Source of the DNA: an uncultured Mycobacteriales bacterium | Lineage (GTDB): Bacteria; Actinomycetota; Actinomycetes; Mycobacteriales; CADCTP01 | Assembly: GCA_902805565.1 (NCBI GenBank) | Contig: CADCTP010000412.1 | Coordinates: forward strand, 1-53,213 | Direction: 5' to 3' | DNA length: 53,213 nt | Shown: piece after piece, positions 51,975 through 53,213 of the stretch | How positions within the stretch are numbered: the first letter of the stretch is position 1 | Layout: every line of letters starts with the position of its first letter | Made by a program: the position numbers and the translations under genes | The notes under the pieces: generated by a model | Told to the model about the DNA's origin: nothing | Seen by the model: the letters and a program-made list of their open reading frames with translations, nothing else | Database searches by the model: none

Positions 51975-52973
51975 GTGCCGAACCGGACCCTGGGCAGGTC
52001 CGGGCTGCGGGTGTCGCCGGTCGCGCTGGGCACCATGAACTTCGGCTCCGCCGCCGGTGTGCCGATCTGCTCGCCGGCGGTCGCGAGCCGCATCGTGGGC
52101 GAGTTCCTCGATGCCGGCCACACGCTGATCGACACGGCCGACAAGTACAACGGCGGCGAGGCGGAGGAGATCGTCGGCGCCGCGATCCGGGGCAGGCGGG
52201 AATCGGTTCTGCTGGCCACGAAGGCCGGCCACCCCACCGGCGCCGGTCCCAACGACCGCGGGTTGTCCCGCGCGCACCTGACCCGGGCGCTGGAGGCGAG
52301 CCTGCGCCGGCTGGGCACCGACCACGTCGACCTCTACCAGTGCCACGTCCCCGACCCCGACACGCCCATCGAGGAGACCATGGCGACGCTGGACGGCTTC
52401 GTCCGTGCCGGCAAGGTCCGCTACCTGGGTTGCTCGAACTTCACCGCGGCGCAGCTGGTGGAGGCGCAGTGGGCGGCGCAGCGGATCGGCGGGGCGCCCC
52501 TGGTCAGCCACCAGGCGCAGTACTCGCTGGTCGACCGGACGATCGAGGCCGAGATCCTCCCGGTCTCCGGCCGGCACGGTCTCGGCACGCTGACCTGGAG
52601 CCCGCTGGGCGCCGGGGTGCTCGCCGGCCGGTACCGGCGGGATGCTCCGCCGCCCCCGGACAGCCGGCTCGGCCGGGTGACCGCCTCTTCGGCCCGGCTC
52701 GGCCGCTACTGGGCTCTCGACCTGCTGGCCGAGCGGAAACTGCGGATCGCCGACGAGGTGAGCCGGGTCGCCGCGGAGCTCGGCGCGCCGGCCGCCGCGG
52801 TGGCGGTGGCCTGGCTGCGGGACCGGACCGGCGTCAGCTCGATCGTCGTCGGACCCCGCACCCCGGACCAGCTCGGCGACTACCTCGCCGGCATGGGGCT
52901 CACCCTGCCCCCGGAGGCCGGGACCGCCCTCGACCACGTCTCCCGTCCGGGGTCGGCCGTCCGGGGGGCCTGA
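51975..52973 (+). CDS. aldo/keto reductase
   Basis: The GTG at 51975 lies 1 nt after the upstream stop. The N-terminus is RTLGRSGLRVSPVALGTMNFG. Other typical stretches are IDTADKYNGGEAEEIVG, VDLYQCH, RYLGCSNF and the SIVVGPRTPDQL context. Confidence 0.9.
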   Translation: MPNRTLGRSGLRVSPVALGTMNFGSAAGVPICSPAVASRIVGEFLDAGHTLIDTADKYNGGEAEEIVGAAIRGRRESVLLATKAGHPTGAGPNDRGLSRAHLTRALEASLRRLGTDHVDLYQCHVPDPDTPIEETMATLDGFVRAGKVRYLGCSNFTAAQLVEAQWAAQRIGGAPLVSHQAQYSLVDRTIEAEILPVSGRHGLGTLTWSPLGAGVLAGRYRRDAPPPPDSRLGRVTASSARLGRYWALDLLAERKLRIADEVSRVAAELGAPAAAVAVAWLRDRTGVSSIVVGPRTPDQLGDYLAGMGLTLPPEAGTALDHVSRPGSAVRGA

Positions 52974-53000
52974 GGCATCTCCGGGGCCGTCGCGGTGCCG

Positions 53001-53201
53001 TCAGCCGTCGAGGGCGCGGACGCCGACCGCGCTCATGCCGCGGTCGCCGGCCACCCGGGAGAACTCCACCCGCTCGCCCTCGTCCAGCACCCCGCCGTCG
53101 GCGACCTCCGAGGCGTGCACGAACACGTCCTCGCCGGTGTCGTCGGCGGCGATGAAGCCGAAGCCCTTGGTCGGATTGAACCACTGCACGGTGCCCTGCA
53201 C
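53001..53201 (-). CDS. cold-shock protein (CspA family)
   Basis: The 66-aa product (M)QGTVQWFNPTKGFGFIAADDTGEDVFVHAS carries RNP1 (KGFGFI) and RNP2 (VFVHAS). The GTG start at 53201 lies 12 nt from the window edge, so a start beyond the window cannot be excluded. Confidence 0.85.
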   Translation of the reverse strand: MQGTVQWFNPTKGFGFIAADDTGEDVFVHASEVADGGVLDEGERVEFSRVAGDRGMSAVGVRALDG

Positions 53202-53213
53202 GGTGCCCTGGCC

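Noticed and set aside
53187-53210. A 12-nt direct duplication (ggcaccgtgcag x2, encoding GTVQGTVQ) at the 5' end of the cold-shock gene, possibly indicating a longer N-terminus
   Set aside because: The window ends at 53213, so the upstream frame cannot be evaluated. GTG 53201 gives the canonical Csp N-terminus (M-QGTV-WFN), so the standard-length gene is kept.

Overview
This is a very GC-rich (not computed) actinobacterial-type chromosomal segment. I support about 46 protein-coding genes. I recognised no rRNA, tRNA, CRISPR array, transposase or integrase. Most long Arg/Pro/Gly/Ala-rich ORFs in the six-frame track are antisense or off-frame shadows of real genes. Left to right: (1) 26-5362, a circularly permuted ATP-grasp / alpha-E / transglutaminase module with three transglutaminase paralogues. 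(2) 5351-18529, a ROK kinase, a 47-aa secreted Cys-peptide ORF, a TrmB/LuxR regulator, a secreted GDSL esterase, an MFS transporter, PaaN, an ECF sigma/RskA-like anti-sigma pair, an APP1-type phosphatase, a DUF4177 protein and a GH15 enzyme. (3) 18764-22828, a small islet with a PolA-like family A DNA polymerase, two hypotheticals and a DUF4192-like gene; two of its promoters share a 28-bp motif. (4) 22906-39694, gltD-like, an S9 peptidase, a second ECF/anti-sigma pair, ideR, a sulfurtransferase, a lipoprotein, an AcuC deacetylase plus GNAT/ACS-type acetyltransferase operon, a group-2 sigma factor, dtd, a cysteine dioxygenase/rhodanese pair and an NPPF methyltransferase. (5) 39979 to about 52973 is the most interesting part. 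It is a tightly packed single-strand operon that opens with a 43-aa very acidic peptide ORF and a perfect stem-loop. These are followed by a signal-less SBP5-like protein, a B12-binding radical SAM enzyme, an E1/ThiF-like adenylating enzyme with a PqqD-like N-terminus, a NodU/CmcH carbamoyltransferase, an SGNH-fold protein, an MFS exporter translationally coupled to an ABC-F protein, a 2OG-Fe(II) oxygenase and an aldo/keto reductase. I read this as a candidate RiPP (or RiPP-derived small molecule) pathway. Its enzyme combination matches no class I know. A cold-shock protein gene ends the window. All family assignments come from motifs read by eye; no database search was run.
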